Positions 24,097-33,136 of a stretch of 53,437 nt of DNA are shown piece after piece. This DNA comes from a virus (Duplodnaviria > Caudoviricetes), in the IMG/VR virus record IMGVR_UViG_3300037195_001613, positions 1 through 53,437 of that record. One strand, given 5' to 3'. Position numbers and translations under genes: made by a program. The notes below the pieces were generated by a model. The model was not told where the DNA came from and searched no databases. It saw nothing but the letters and a program-made list of their open reading frames with translations. The stretch's first letter is position 1; each line of letters begins with the position of its first letter.

Positions 24097-24408
24097 ATGA
24101 GATATTTAGTTATTTTTTCGTTGTCTTTTCTTATGGGGTGTGCTGGGTATCTTGATAGATTGAGAGAAATGGATGTTAGGATAGAAGAGAAAAATACTCA
24201 ATTGAAGGAAGCTATTCTAACGGAGAATCAAGATATGATCGCAATCCTCAAGGGGGAAATCGCAGCCCTGGAGACGTCCAGAAGCTCCGCAGAAGACCAT
24301 GTGACCAAAGGGCAGGAAAACGAATCCAAATGGCTTATGGCCATACTCCAGGGGCTTGTAGCGACCGGAGTGGTCGGAGGGAAAATGGCAGGAAAGGTGA
24401 TAGCATGA
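24097..24408 (+). CDS. lipoprotein with coiled coil and C-terminal hydrophobic segment (spanin-like?)
   Basis: Signal peptide with lipobox LMGC; C-terminal WLMAILQGLVATGVVGG. Confidence 0.6.
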   Translation: MRYLVIFSLSFLMGCAGYLDRLREMDVRIEEKNTQLKEAILTENQDMIAILKGEIAALETSRSSAEDHVTKGQENESKWLMAILQGLVATGVVGGKMAGKVIA

Positions 24409-24632
24409 ATTCTTGGCAGAAATTTACTATAACTATGTTTGCTATGGCAGTTGCAGCATTTCATGATGTTTTAGGGTTAGATCTTGAAGCAGTATGGCCG
24501 TTAGTTACTGCTGCTACAGGATACAATGTGGGTCAGGGAATTGCAGATCATGGGAAGTCAGTAGAGTTGTTGAAAATGAAAGACACTCAGACAACAATAA
24601 CTAATGTGATCCCTCAATCTACAACTATATAG
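24405..24632 (+). CDS. holin-like two-TM protein (start trimmed to MNSWQKF)
   Basis: Two hydrophobic segments; YNVGQGIADHGK motif typical of a small phage holin-like family; ATGA overlap. Confidence 0.6.
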   Translation: MNSWQKFTITMFAMAVAAFHDVLGLDLEAVWPLVTAATGYNVGQGIADHGKSVELLKMKDTQTTITNVIPQSTTI

Positions 24633-24635
24633 AAA

Positions 24636-24675
24636 GATCCCCTCCAAAGCAGAGCAAAAGACCTTAGAGGGGATC
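24636..24675. terminator. hairpin between convergent units
   Basis: gatcccctc/gaggggatc with a 22-nt loop. Confidence 0.5.
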
Positions 24676-24690
24676 GACGCAAGAAGGTTA

Positions 24691-26490
24691 TTAGGGGTTA
24701 GGATCTATATTAGGGGAGGCCCCTTGATAGGGACCGAAGTCGGATCCTAGTCCTTGTTCTGCATCAGGAATAACAGATACTGTAGGAGCTACTCCGTAGA
24801 AATCATTAAATCCTGTTATTTTTGTATTATTATGTAATTGATCTATTGAAATTGATGCTATTCTTACGTTAGTAGAGAATAAATCATTTTTTATAACATC
24901 TCCAGGAAGTAGTCTCTTAGCTCCTTTATTCATCTTAATGATGTGAGTACCCTCTTTAAGCAGGTCCTCTAAGGATCTTCTCTCTGCTACTTTTGCAGCC
25001 ACTTCGTATGTAATCATAGTAGGTAGTTTAGATACTAATGGCTTTCTCTTCACAACTGTATTATCAGGTATTGTAATAGGCATATCTCTAAAGTTACGTC
25101 TGCGATCTGCAAAAGTATATAATGGGAAATTAACTTGAGATTCTGCTATTCTTTTACTAATTTCAGGCCTACCTACTATAGCCTGAGATGGAATATCTAT
25201 GACTTCTGAAGTATGTCTAATGGCCCTGAATTTATATTTACCTAATGCGGGATCCCATACTAAAAATACCCCGGCATCTAGCATAAGAGAAGATAGTACT
25301 TCTCTTACAGTAGTTCCTCTACTTGCTATTACACTTCCATGAAGATTCTCATTGGCATTATTAAATAATATAGCTAAGGTTTCGAGAGAGGGGATATCGA
25401 AGTTATTTTTGTTTAACTCTCCTCCCGTATGCTCTCCATCAAACAGAATAGAGTGCATCATATGAGCATGATTCAATCCATCATTATTGGAGGACCCATT
25501 AGCTATTAATGTCCCTGTGGCTATGATTCCAGAGAATTGCTCCAGGGTTCGTATAATAGTAGCACCTATAAAAAAGGGAAAATAAGTGGAGTGTTTTATT
25601 GTGTACCCATTAGGATCTGCATTAGGTTGAGACATAAATATCTTTGTCCCTCTAATGAATATATGGGTGAAATCTCCCCCATCAGGATCTGATTCATTAG
25701 GCAGCCCATAATGCTTATCCGTAAGTGCTATGTACCCCCCGTTTTCGTCAGTTGCAATTACTATACTTAGTCCTGTAGATGCACCTAAATCGAATATGGG
25801 GGAGGCCGGTATGGTTCCAGGGAAATAAGCAGGATCTGAAGATATTTCGGGAGTTGTGCCGTTAGTTAATTTAGTTTCAGCAGGACGTCGTTCAATATCA
25901 TACTCAAGTAGAGGCCAAGTACTTTGGTTACCTACTCTAAAATTATTCCATTGAATATAGCATACGTTAGGCCATCTAGAGGCTACTCCTGTTCTATCAA
26001 ATAGTCCTGTAGTGGGGTCGAAAGTGCCCTGTAGAAAGGTATTAATGGGCTGATTGGTTTCCCCCCAATATATATTAAAGGATCCAAATTCTCCTAAGTC
26101 TACAGTGCTTCCACTAGGATGACTATTTCTGTTTACGTTTCCTTTAAATAATATAGACCCTCCTGCATATATTTTATGTAATACATCACAAGGCCCAGTA
26201 GATATTATATGCCATGCAGATTCTTGAACGATTTCTACTATGGTACTCCCTTGCTGTTCATTAATTGTAGTTTGATCTCCTACCCATGCTATATAAGGCC
26301 CTATTCGTCTTCTACCTAATACATTAGGGATCCAGGACCCTCTAGTAGATGTGGAGGGAGGTTTGTCATCAGATACGGTAATACGTTGTTTTGCATCTTT
26401 TTCTAATAAAGTGCCAATGGCATGGAGACCCATACCAATCCCGAATTGTATAGCTGCATTTATTACTATTGCGCCTGCTGACATTGCCAA
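24691..26490 (-). CDS. tail tip / central tail protein (Phage-tail_3 or GTA megatron-like)
   Basis: STRGSWIPNVLGRRRI; last gene of the Dit-hub-NlpC series. Confidence 0.75.
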   Translation of the reverse strand: MAMSAGAIVINAAIQFGIGMGLHAIGTLLEKDAKQRITVSDDKPPSTSTRGSWIPNVLGRRRIGPYIAWVGDQTTINEQQGSTIVEIVQESAWHIISTGPCDVLHKIYAGGSILFKGNVNRNSHPSGSTVDLGEFGSFNIYWGETNQPINTFLQGTFDPTTGLFDRTGVASRWPNVCYIQWNNFRVGNQSTWPLLEYDIERRPAETKLTNGTTPEISSDPAYFPGTIPASPIFDLGASTGLSIVIATDENGGYIALTDKHYGLPNESDPDGGDFTHIFIRGTKIFMSQPNADPNGYTIKHSTYFPFFIGATIIRTLEQFSGIIATGTLIANGSSNNDGLNHAHMMHSILFDGEHTGGELNKNNFDIPSLETLAILFNNANENLHGSVIASRGTTVREVLSSLMLDAGVFLVWDPALGKYKFRAIRHTSEVIDIPSQAIVGRPEISKRIAESQVNFPLYTFADRRRNFRDMPITIPDNTVVKRKPLVSKLPTMITYEVAAKVAERRSLEDLLKEGTHIIKMNKGAKRLLPGDVIKNDLFSTNVRIASISIDQLHNNTKITGFNDFYGVAPTVSVIPDAEQGLGSDFGPYQGASPNIDPNP

Positions 26491-26978
26491 TTATCCTTAT
26501 TAGTGGATCTGTAGATCCTATATATAGAGTATTCTTTCCTGTAGCCCAATCCTGTCCAATGTACTCCAGCATTGGTGCATTGCCAAAGAGTATTTTTTTG
26601 AAACCCAATCATAGCTATATGATTTACTTTTATTAAGTTCTCTCCAAAGAATAAAATATCACCAGGCTCCAAAGTAAAATCATGTATTTGTTTGAACTTA
26701 CCAAAATTAAATAAAGTACATTCCGCAGCCAAATGAGACCAGTTAAATTCTTTTGAAGTCAGTCTAGGTAGGGGCCTCAATCGGAAATCATTTATTTTTA
26801 TACCAGATAAGGTCAAATATACACAGGCTATAAATCTACAGCAATCAACTCCTTTTTTTGGGGATGCAGCATTTATTTTATATGGAGTATCTTCCCAAAT
26901 AGAAAAAACGGACTCTAGGCATTTTTCAGCATGGGTATGGGGCTTCCATTGGCCTGGTAAGCTCATTAGTTCAATCAT
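26466..26978 (-). CDS. NlpC/P60 tail-associated peptidase
   Basis: WEDTPY...GVDCCRF...PGDILFF...HIAM. Confidence 0.85.
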   Translation of the reverse strand: MIELMSLPGQWKPHTHAEKCLESVFSIWEDTPYKINAASPKKGVDCCRFIACVYLTLSGIKINDFRLRPLPRLTSKEFNWSHLAAECTLFNFGKFKQIHDFTLEPGDILFFGENLIKVNHIAMIGFQKNTLWQCTNAGVHWTGLGYRKEYSIYRIYRSTNKDNWQCQQAQ

Positions 26979-27835
26979 AAGAATTTAGGATCCCCAATAA
27001 TTGTATCATTTTCTATTGGAGGGAATATAGCAGGAGTAGATATGCCTATTCCTGTGAATTGTTCCTCTCTTCCCCATCTTAAACAATGCCTATGGGATAG
27101 ATTACATCCGGAGATTAGATTTATTGTCTGGTTTAGCCAGGATTTTGGAGGATTTCTATTTGTATAAAAGATTGTAGGGGCAGTTTTATTCCAATCTCGT
27201 ATCAATATTTTTAATTTATCAAATTCAAAGAATCCTTTAACAAACTCATCGTCAAACTCTGAAGAAGCGGAAAAATAGGTAGGGGGAACATCAATAATCA
27301 CTTCTGTATTGGATATGCAAACTATAGTTACAGGTTGAGTCACGGTAGATAATGTGAATCCGCAGGTAGGTCCTCCCCATCTATTATTACATTGGTGAGT
27401 GGCTACCATACCTAAAGGAACATCTAATAGATTTTTTACAGAATCTACAACCAGTTTTATTTTATTTTTTATATTCTTATCATTACGTATAGTGTGATTA
27501 ATTACGCCAGCAAATCTTATATCCTCTGTTCTCGATCCTTCTATAGATTCTGTGATTTCAGATAAATTAATCTGTACTTCAGGCCAAGGCTCATCTGAAG
27601 CTAGGCTATCTAAGAATGGATTACTTGCTAATTTAATAGATAGAGGTTTTTCATTTAATCCTCCAGTAAATTCGGGGTAGGTTATTTTAAACCCAGGATG
27701 GGGAGTATACACTAAACCTCCATAGGTTATTTCTGTATTTTGGTCAGTGTATCTGACTATATTAGGCAGATCCCCATACGTAAAGGTCAATAGGGTAAAT
27801 ATCTTTTTTTGGGTACGGTCTCTTATATCTGCCAT
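26975..27835 (-). CDS. baseplate hub protein (DUF2163/BR0599-like)
   Basis: RYTD; CNNRWGGPTC; C-terminal GCNLSHRHC...FTG. Confidence 0.8.
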   Translation of the reverse strand: MADIRDRTQKKIFTLLTFTYGDLPNIVRYTDQNTEITYGGLVYTPHPGFKITYPEFTGGLNEKPLSIKLASNPFLDSLASDEPWPEVQINLSEITESIEGSRTEDIRFAGVINHTIRNDKNIKNKIKLVVDSVKNLLDVPLGMVATHQCNNRWGGPTCGFTLSTVTQPVTIVCISNTEVIIDVPPTYFSASSEFDDEFVKGFFEFDKLKILIRDWNKTAPTIFYTNRNPPKSWLNQTINLISGCNLSHRHCLRWGREEQFTGIGISTPAIFPPIENDTIIGDPKFL

Positions 27836-30800
27836 TATATTACGTTAATATAGTCTGTTCCAATTTCCTTAGTCCAATTTCCGTATACCTGTCCCATGAT
27901 TTTTAATGTTGTGATGCCAGGTGCGTATAGCTTAAACGCATGAAAGGTTTTTATACAGAGTCTTACTTCAGTTCCATCATATACGCATTCGAAGGATTCA
28001 AATCTACTGGTTTGAGGGGCTAAAGTCTCTACCACAGTTAGGCCCCCGAGTTGTATCTGCCCTCCGTTTGCTAATAGGAAACTACTCAAGTTAGCCAGAG
28101 TCGAGGTGCCTGTACCATATCTCATGATACATGCCTTACCTAGTAAAGTCATACCTCCACTTGCTATGGCGATAGTAAGATCTGTATTTAGATTTAATAT
28201 AAACCTATCTACGCCTCCGTCCCATGCTCCTTGATTATGAGTAATTTCCCAAGTAAAGTGAGTACTTGTATCTGCAAGTTCAACATAATCAGGGAGATCA
28301 GTTTCCCATCCAGTGTTAGCAGTTTCGTAATTAATAGCTACTATTCTTCTAGGACCTGATGGAGTGCTTCCAGCTTCAAGGTGAGCTTTATAGAATTCAT
28401 CCTTATTGAATTCTCTATTAACGGTTAGACTGAAATTTCCATACATCTCACCATGCCCACCTTCAGCTTGTCCAGGATTCATATCATCATGTACTCTAGA
28501 ATCTTCTGCGTAAGATAATCCTGAATTTGGTTTTAACATGCCAAAAGCGATAGCTTTAGAGCTACTTGCGGGACATTTTACCCATTCAGTATCCCCACCA
28601 GTGCCTCTTATGGGGTTGCCCATTGATAGGAAACTGATTCTATAGTTTTGGGATACAGTAGAGTCTACATCTTCAATTATCATTAAATATTCCTTCTTAT
28701 CTCCCTTAAGGAAGAAGAAATATTTATGCTCTTTAGTTAATCCTAAGGTAGTGGACCAGCAAGTAGACAGGTCCGCCCCTATTATATCCCCCATTTCTTG
28801 ACCTGGGGCAAAGAGGGTTATTTCAGGTGCAAGATTAGGTAACTCATCAATAAAAGGTAAACTTGCAGTCAGATAATCCAAATCGTTATCTGCCTGGATA
28901 GGAAGTTTTGATTGTCCGATATGTCCAATCTCACCTAAAGTTAATAAATTATGCCAAAAAGAATATCCAGGCCAATTAGAGTTGTTAGTCTTATCCCCAC
29001 AATCAAATGCCATATATTCTTGATTTTTAACTAGATAATGGGTAGATCTATCAGGATGGTTATGTGCAATAACAGGTTTGTGATCTTGAGGATAATCTAA
29101 TGCAAAAGGAGGGGATCCCTCTAGAGCTACAGGGTTAGTAGGGTCGTATTGATTGTGATTGACCCAAAATACTCCAGTCCATTCATTAACTAAGGAGTCT
29201 AATGCATGTAGATCATCAGAAGGATAACTACATATTCTAGTGCCAAACATTACATGATTGGGATCAGTACTCCCCGGTGGCTTATTTCTACATATAATCA
29301 TTCCGGAATTCTTTAAATGGACTGAGTTAGGCCATGTATCAGGAGGTGATACAGGAGCTAATGTATGATCGTACCAATATAAGTCTAAGAATAGTTGAGA
29401 TCCTGCAAGATGTCCCTTGTTTGAGCCTGTAAAAAATTCCTCTAAATGTCCTGCGGCAGCCAATTCATCCCATCTTTGGTCAGCTAAGAATTGAGCTGCA
29501 GGATCTTGGAATACAGTTGCGCACATTCTAGCATGGGCAAATCCTGTATTAGTTCTATTCCAAGTAACTCCCGCATCCCCATCGTGTATAATTGGTCTAA
29601 AGGGATCCCCAGGTATCTTATTATATAATTGATATACTGGGTTCATTTTAAATATATTGCCTTGAGCCTGTACATCAAATCCAAATACCCTTACAAATAG
29701 GGGATTTCCAAATCCTTTATCTGCGTATAGTCCTACATTTTCATAGAATCTACCTTCAGGCCAACTTCCCCCTAAATTATTTTTATGGGCATGGAAGTCC
29801 TGCCGTGCTCTTATTTTCATGTAATTTATCCAAGTATTTATTTCACTTTGAGATCCATTGGTTATCTCATCTCCTTCGTATTTTAATACCCCAGCGCCCA
29901 TAACCATTCCCATATATATAGTTCTGTGGAAATGGTTTTGAGAATAGGTATGTGCCCACCAATTATCCCAAACGTTATTCCAAGGTTGGCTTAAGGCAAG
30001 ATAATATTTTTTAGTTTCTTCATAAATCCTATCTCTCATCTTTTGATGATTGCTAGGATCTTGTACTCTCATGTAATCATAAACACAATCCCAGGCTATA
30101 ACATTACTTGTTAATCTAATAGCGATTCCTCTATCAATTATAGGAGCTTCACTGTTCCAGTCGGGTTCATTAGCACCATCTGTACCGTTAGCTAGGTCGG
30201 AGATTAAAGGATCTCCATAAGTGGTATTTACTGTGCTTTGAGTAGTATGTGGGGCTTGGGATTCAATTAAATAAACTAAGCCGTATGCTACTCTGGCAGT
30301 CCAGTGGGTAGTTACAGGATTGGCGTCTACCCAAGTTTTAATTCTACTGTAGTTATCAGCCTCATGAGTGGATTTATAGGACCCATTAGTTTCATATATA
30401 CGATTAGCTAATGTTTGGGCTTCTGTTAATGTCCAATATAGGTAAGGGTGCCCATTTCTAGCATCTCCAGAATCGTAATTAGGTTCTCCATTATCTACAA
30501 TATCTGTAAGAGTTCCTTCTATAAGATTAGCGGCCCATGGCTCTTGATACACAGGAGCAGAACTAGGAGGAGGTGCAGTAGATGTTACTACATTCATATA
30601 TAATTGAGATACTCTGACTTCAATAGGCACTGGAGGTGATACGGGAGTGGATGTCACTACGTTTGCATAAAATTGAGATACTCTGATATCAAGGGATCCT
30701 GCTGTAGGATCTATTATAGCATCATCCTCATCAATAACTTCAGATATTCTGGCCTCTATTTCACAGATTTCTTCTGTTATCCATTTTTCAGTTATGCCAT

Positions 30801-31986
30801 CCAAACTGAAAATGGCTGTCACTGCATATGTGGCTTTAATTACAGGACTCCCAGGGTCTACGTATGTTTCTTCTATTTGAATCCTGGAGTTAGTGGATCC
30901 GACTATGTTGAATACCCCAGTTACGGTATATAAGGCATTGGTACCATCCTCATATTCTAGATATATGGTACTTATATACTTATTGTAAATTTCAACAAAT
31001 TCAGAGATTCCACTTACTATAATATCATTAGCGGAGCCTGAGACGAAATTGAATAGGTCATCAGGGGCTATTGCATAAAAGGAGAAAGCTCTTCCTTTTC
31101 GAGATTCGAAGAATTCAATCAAATACCATGCGTCAGCTCTGTTAAATTCAGTAGCGAATAAATCAAAGGTGAAGTAGCCCCTATTCCCCTCCTCAGTAAT
31201 TATAGATGCTCGTCCTATAGTGGCCTCATTTCCACGTCTCACTACAGAGGAGCTTTGAGGTTTAGCCCAATTCATAGTAGGACGGAATACAGGTAACCCT
31301 TTATACGAATCTCCATCGAATTTATCTATGTCAGCACAAGGTAAGGTAGATGCCCCTTGAACTTCATTGAAAGTTATAACTAGGGTTACCTTATCTTTAG
31401 TTACATTAGATTTAATATTATTTAAATTTATCTCACAGTCCATTAGGGGAACTGCGTAGGCTTGTTTTTTGAATTCATTGGATAGAGGGGAGGTGAGTAT
31501 TAGCTTATTTGATTCTATTCCAAAAATAGTACCTATAGAAGTCTTAGTACTAGTTCTATCTATTACTAATATTCTTCTATTCTTATAGAATCGTCTATTG
31601 GTAGTGTCTATGAATAATTCTGAATCATTTATATTATATACTTGTGTTAATTCCGATTGATCGCTATAAATAGGGAAGGGATGCCTACCATCCGCATTTG
31701 CTACCAGTATTTCAAATATTCTTGCGTTTTCTTCTTTTGATATGCCAGTAAGTCTAGCTATTACGGATCTGTAAGGATATTCTTGTAAAGAGACTCTTTC
31801 TTGGGAGTCTTCTAGGTTTTCCGTTACTGAGGTAGAGAATAAGGAAGAGATTCCTATATCCAGACTCCAATCAGCAGATTTAAGGGTCGATAGTATAGTA
31901 GGTAATATTAAAGGCTCAGTAAAAGTAACCCCTGAGCCTTTTACGGATTCGATAGATATTGATCTAGAATTATCTACATTAGGCAT
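27835..31986 (-). CDS. distal tail protein (DUF2460-like) fused to a heparinase II/III / alginate-lyase-like region
   Basis: N-terminal FFESRKGRAFSF Dit motif; C-terminal HPYLYW, QNH, GSWPEGRFY, HNHPD and WHNLLT motifs. Confidence 0.7.
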   Translation of the reverse strand: MPNVDNSRSISIESVKGSGVTFTEPLILPTILSTLKSADWSLDIGISSLFSTSVTENLEDSQERVSLQEYPYRSVIARLTGISKEENARIFEILVANADGRHPFPIYSDQSELTQVYNINDSELFIDTTNRRFYKNRRILVIDRTSTKTSIGTIFGIESNKLILTSPLSNEFKKQAYAVPLMDCEINLNNIKSNVTKDKVTLVITFNEVQGASTLPCADIDKFDGDSYKGLPVFRPTMNWAKPQSSSVVRRGNEATIGRASIITEEGNRGYFTFDLFATEFNRADAWYLIEFFESRKGRAFSFYAIAPDDLFNFVSGSANDIIVSGISEFVEIYNKYISTIYLEYEDGTNALYTVTGVFNIVGSTNSRIQIEETYVDPGSPVIKATYAVTAIFSLDGITEKWITEEICEIEARISEVIDEDDAIIDPTAGSLDIRVSQFYANVVTSTPVSPPVPIEVRVSQLYMNVVTSTAPPPSSAPVYQEPWAANLIEGTLTDIVDNGEPNYDSGDARNGHPYLYWTLTEAQTLANRIYETNGSYKSTHEADNYSRIKTWVDANPVTTHWTARVAYGLVYLIESQAPHTTQSTVNTTYGDPLISDLANGTDGANEPDWNSEAPIIDRGIAIRLTSNVIAWDCVYDYMRVQDPSNHQKMRDRIYEETKKYYLALSQPWNNVWDNWWAHTYSQNHFHRTIYMGMVMGAGVLKYEGDEITNGSQSEINTWINYMKIRARQDFHAHKNNLGGSWPEGRFYENVGLYADKGFGNPLFVRVFGFDVQAQGNIFKMNPVYQLYNKIPGDPFRPIIHDGDAGVTWNRTNTGFAHARMCATVFQDPAAQFLADQRWDELAAAGHLEEFFTGSNKGHLAGSQLFLDLYWYDHTLAPVSPPDTWPNSVHLKNSGMIICRNKPPGSTDPNHVMFGTRICSYPSDDLHALDSLVNEWTGVFWVNHNQYDPTNPVALEGSPPFALDYPQDHKPVIAHNHPDRSTHYLVKNQEYMAFDCGDKTNNSNWPGYSFWHNLLTLGEIGHIGQSKLPIQADNDLDYLTASLPFIDELPNLAPEITLFAPGQEMGDIIGADLSTCWSTTLGLTKEHKYFFFLKGDKKEYLMIIEDVDSTVSQNYRISFLSMGNPIRGTGGDTEWVKCPASSSKAIAFGMLKPNSGLSYAEDSRVHDDMNPGQAEGGHGEMYGNFSLTVNREFNKDEFYKAHLEAGSTPSGPRRIVAINYETANTGWETDLPDYVELADTSTHFTWEITHNQGAWDGGVDRFILNLNTDLTIAIASGGMTLLGKACIMRYGTGTSTLANLSSFLLANGGQIQLGGLTVVETLAPQTSRFESFECVYDGTEVRLCIKTFHAFKLYAPGITTLKIMGQVYGNWTKEIGTDYINVI

Positions 31987-31990
31987 AAGT

Positions 31991-33136
31991 TTAGCTCACC
32001 AACTCAAAGCCGAATTGACCGTTATCCAGATTATCCTTCGTCCAAGGATTATTGGAGTTTAGAGGATTGCCAGCATATGATTTCTTTAGTACATCATATT
32101 GATTTGATATCTCTGACACTACTGTTACAACACCTGCCATAGATGCGTCAAAGTTGCTATTATCTCTATATCTAAATTGTAAATCCCTATTAGATCCAGG
32201 AGAGGCTTTTCGAGCAGCGACTACAAATTCTAGGGTAATTACAGGGTTAGTGGGAGAGGGTTGGACAGGATTCTGGAATTCATAAAGCTCTTTATCATTA
32301 ATTAGTGCAGTCTTTACGAAAGTAACATCGTGATCTATTCCCTCTGCCACATCTTGAAGCATTAGATGATTGGCAGCGCCTGAGCTGCTTGACCAATCAG
32401 TAAGATCTCCTACGTTTGTAGCTCGGATGCCCTCTACTGCAACAGGTCCTAACAGTCCAGTGACGTCCATATCCAATCCACTAGACGAATCATTATTTAT
32501 GGCATATAGATCGTCCATTTTGACTATTGGAGACGGAGAACCCGCATTAGATCCTATAGTATACTCTACAGCGTCTGCTTGGTCAGTTCCACTAATCCTT
32601 AAATTTGCTCCGGATATGTTTATTACTTCTACATTATCTACTTTAACTATTACAGTTCCTGTTAAGGATATAGTGGCATCTACTTCAATATAATTCCATA
32701 TATTCTCTCCTACATCTATCCAGGCGCTATCTGGACCTAGTGTAGAGGGAGATGCAAATGGTCCATTTTCTGCCCTTAGTTTGATTTTATTGATATTAGC
32801 AGGACCATCAGATTCGATTACTACAATTCTTAATTGCGTAGACCCTCCGTCAAATAATTCTATAAGGGTCTTTCTAGTATCTGGGGTGAATACCCCTACA
32901 GTCATATTAGAGATACTATATCCCATACCTATACCCCATCTATCTGCTGGGGTGGAAGTAGCTCCCCTTAATCTATCTAAACCTATTCCTTCTACTTGTA
33001 TGCAATTGCTACTTGCGTTGGCAGTTCTTCCAGTGGGGAAGGTAGGGAAAAGAGTACCTACAAAATTGTCATGAACTAAAGCTAAATTAGCGGGGTTCTG
33101 TATTACATCAAATCCTTCAAATAAGATATTAGCCAT
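31991..33136 (-). CDS. virion structural protein (concanavalin-like N-domain)
   Basis: ILFEGFD, WNYIEV, DDLY, C-terminal NPWT...FG; directly after the tape measure gene. Confidence 0.65.
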   Translation of the reverse strand: MANILFEGFDVIQNPANLALVHDNFVGTLFPTFPTGRTANASSNCIQVEGIGLDRLRGATSTPADRWGIGMGYSISNMTVGVFTPDTRKTLIELFDGGSTQLRIVVIESDGPANINKIKLRAENGPFASPSTLGPDSAWIDVGENIWNYIEVDATISLTGTVIVKVDNVEVINISGANLRISGTDQADAVEYTIGSNAGSPSPIVKMDDLYAINNDSSSGLDMDVTGLLGPVAVEGIRATNVGDLTDWSSSSGAANHLMLQDVAEGIDHDVTFVKTALINDKELYEFQNPVQPSPTNPVITLEFVVAARKASPGSNRDLQFRYRDNSNFDASMAGVVTVVSEISNQYDVLKKSYAGNPLNSNNPWTKDNLDNGQFGFELVS

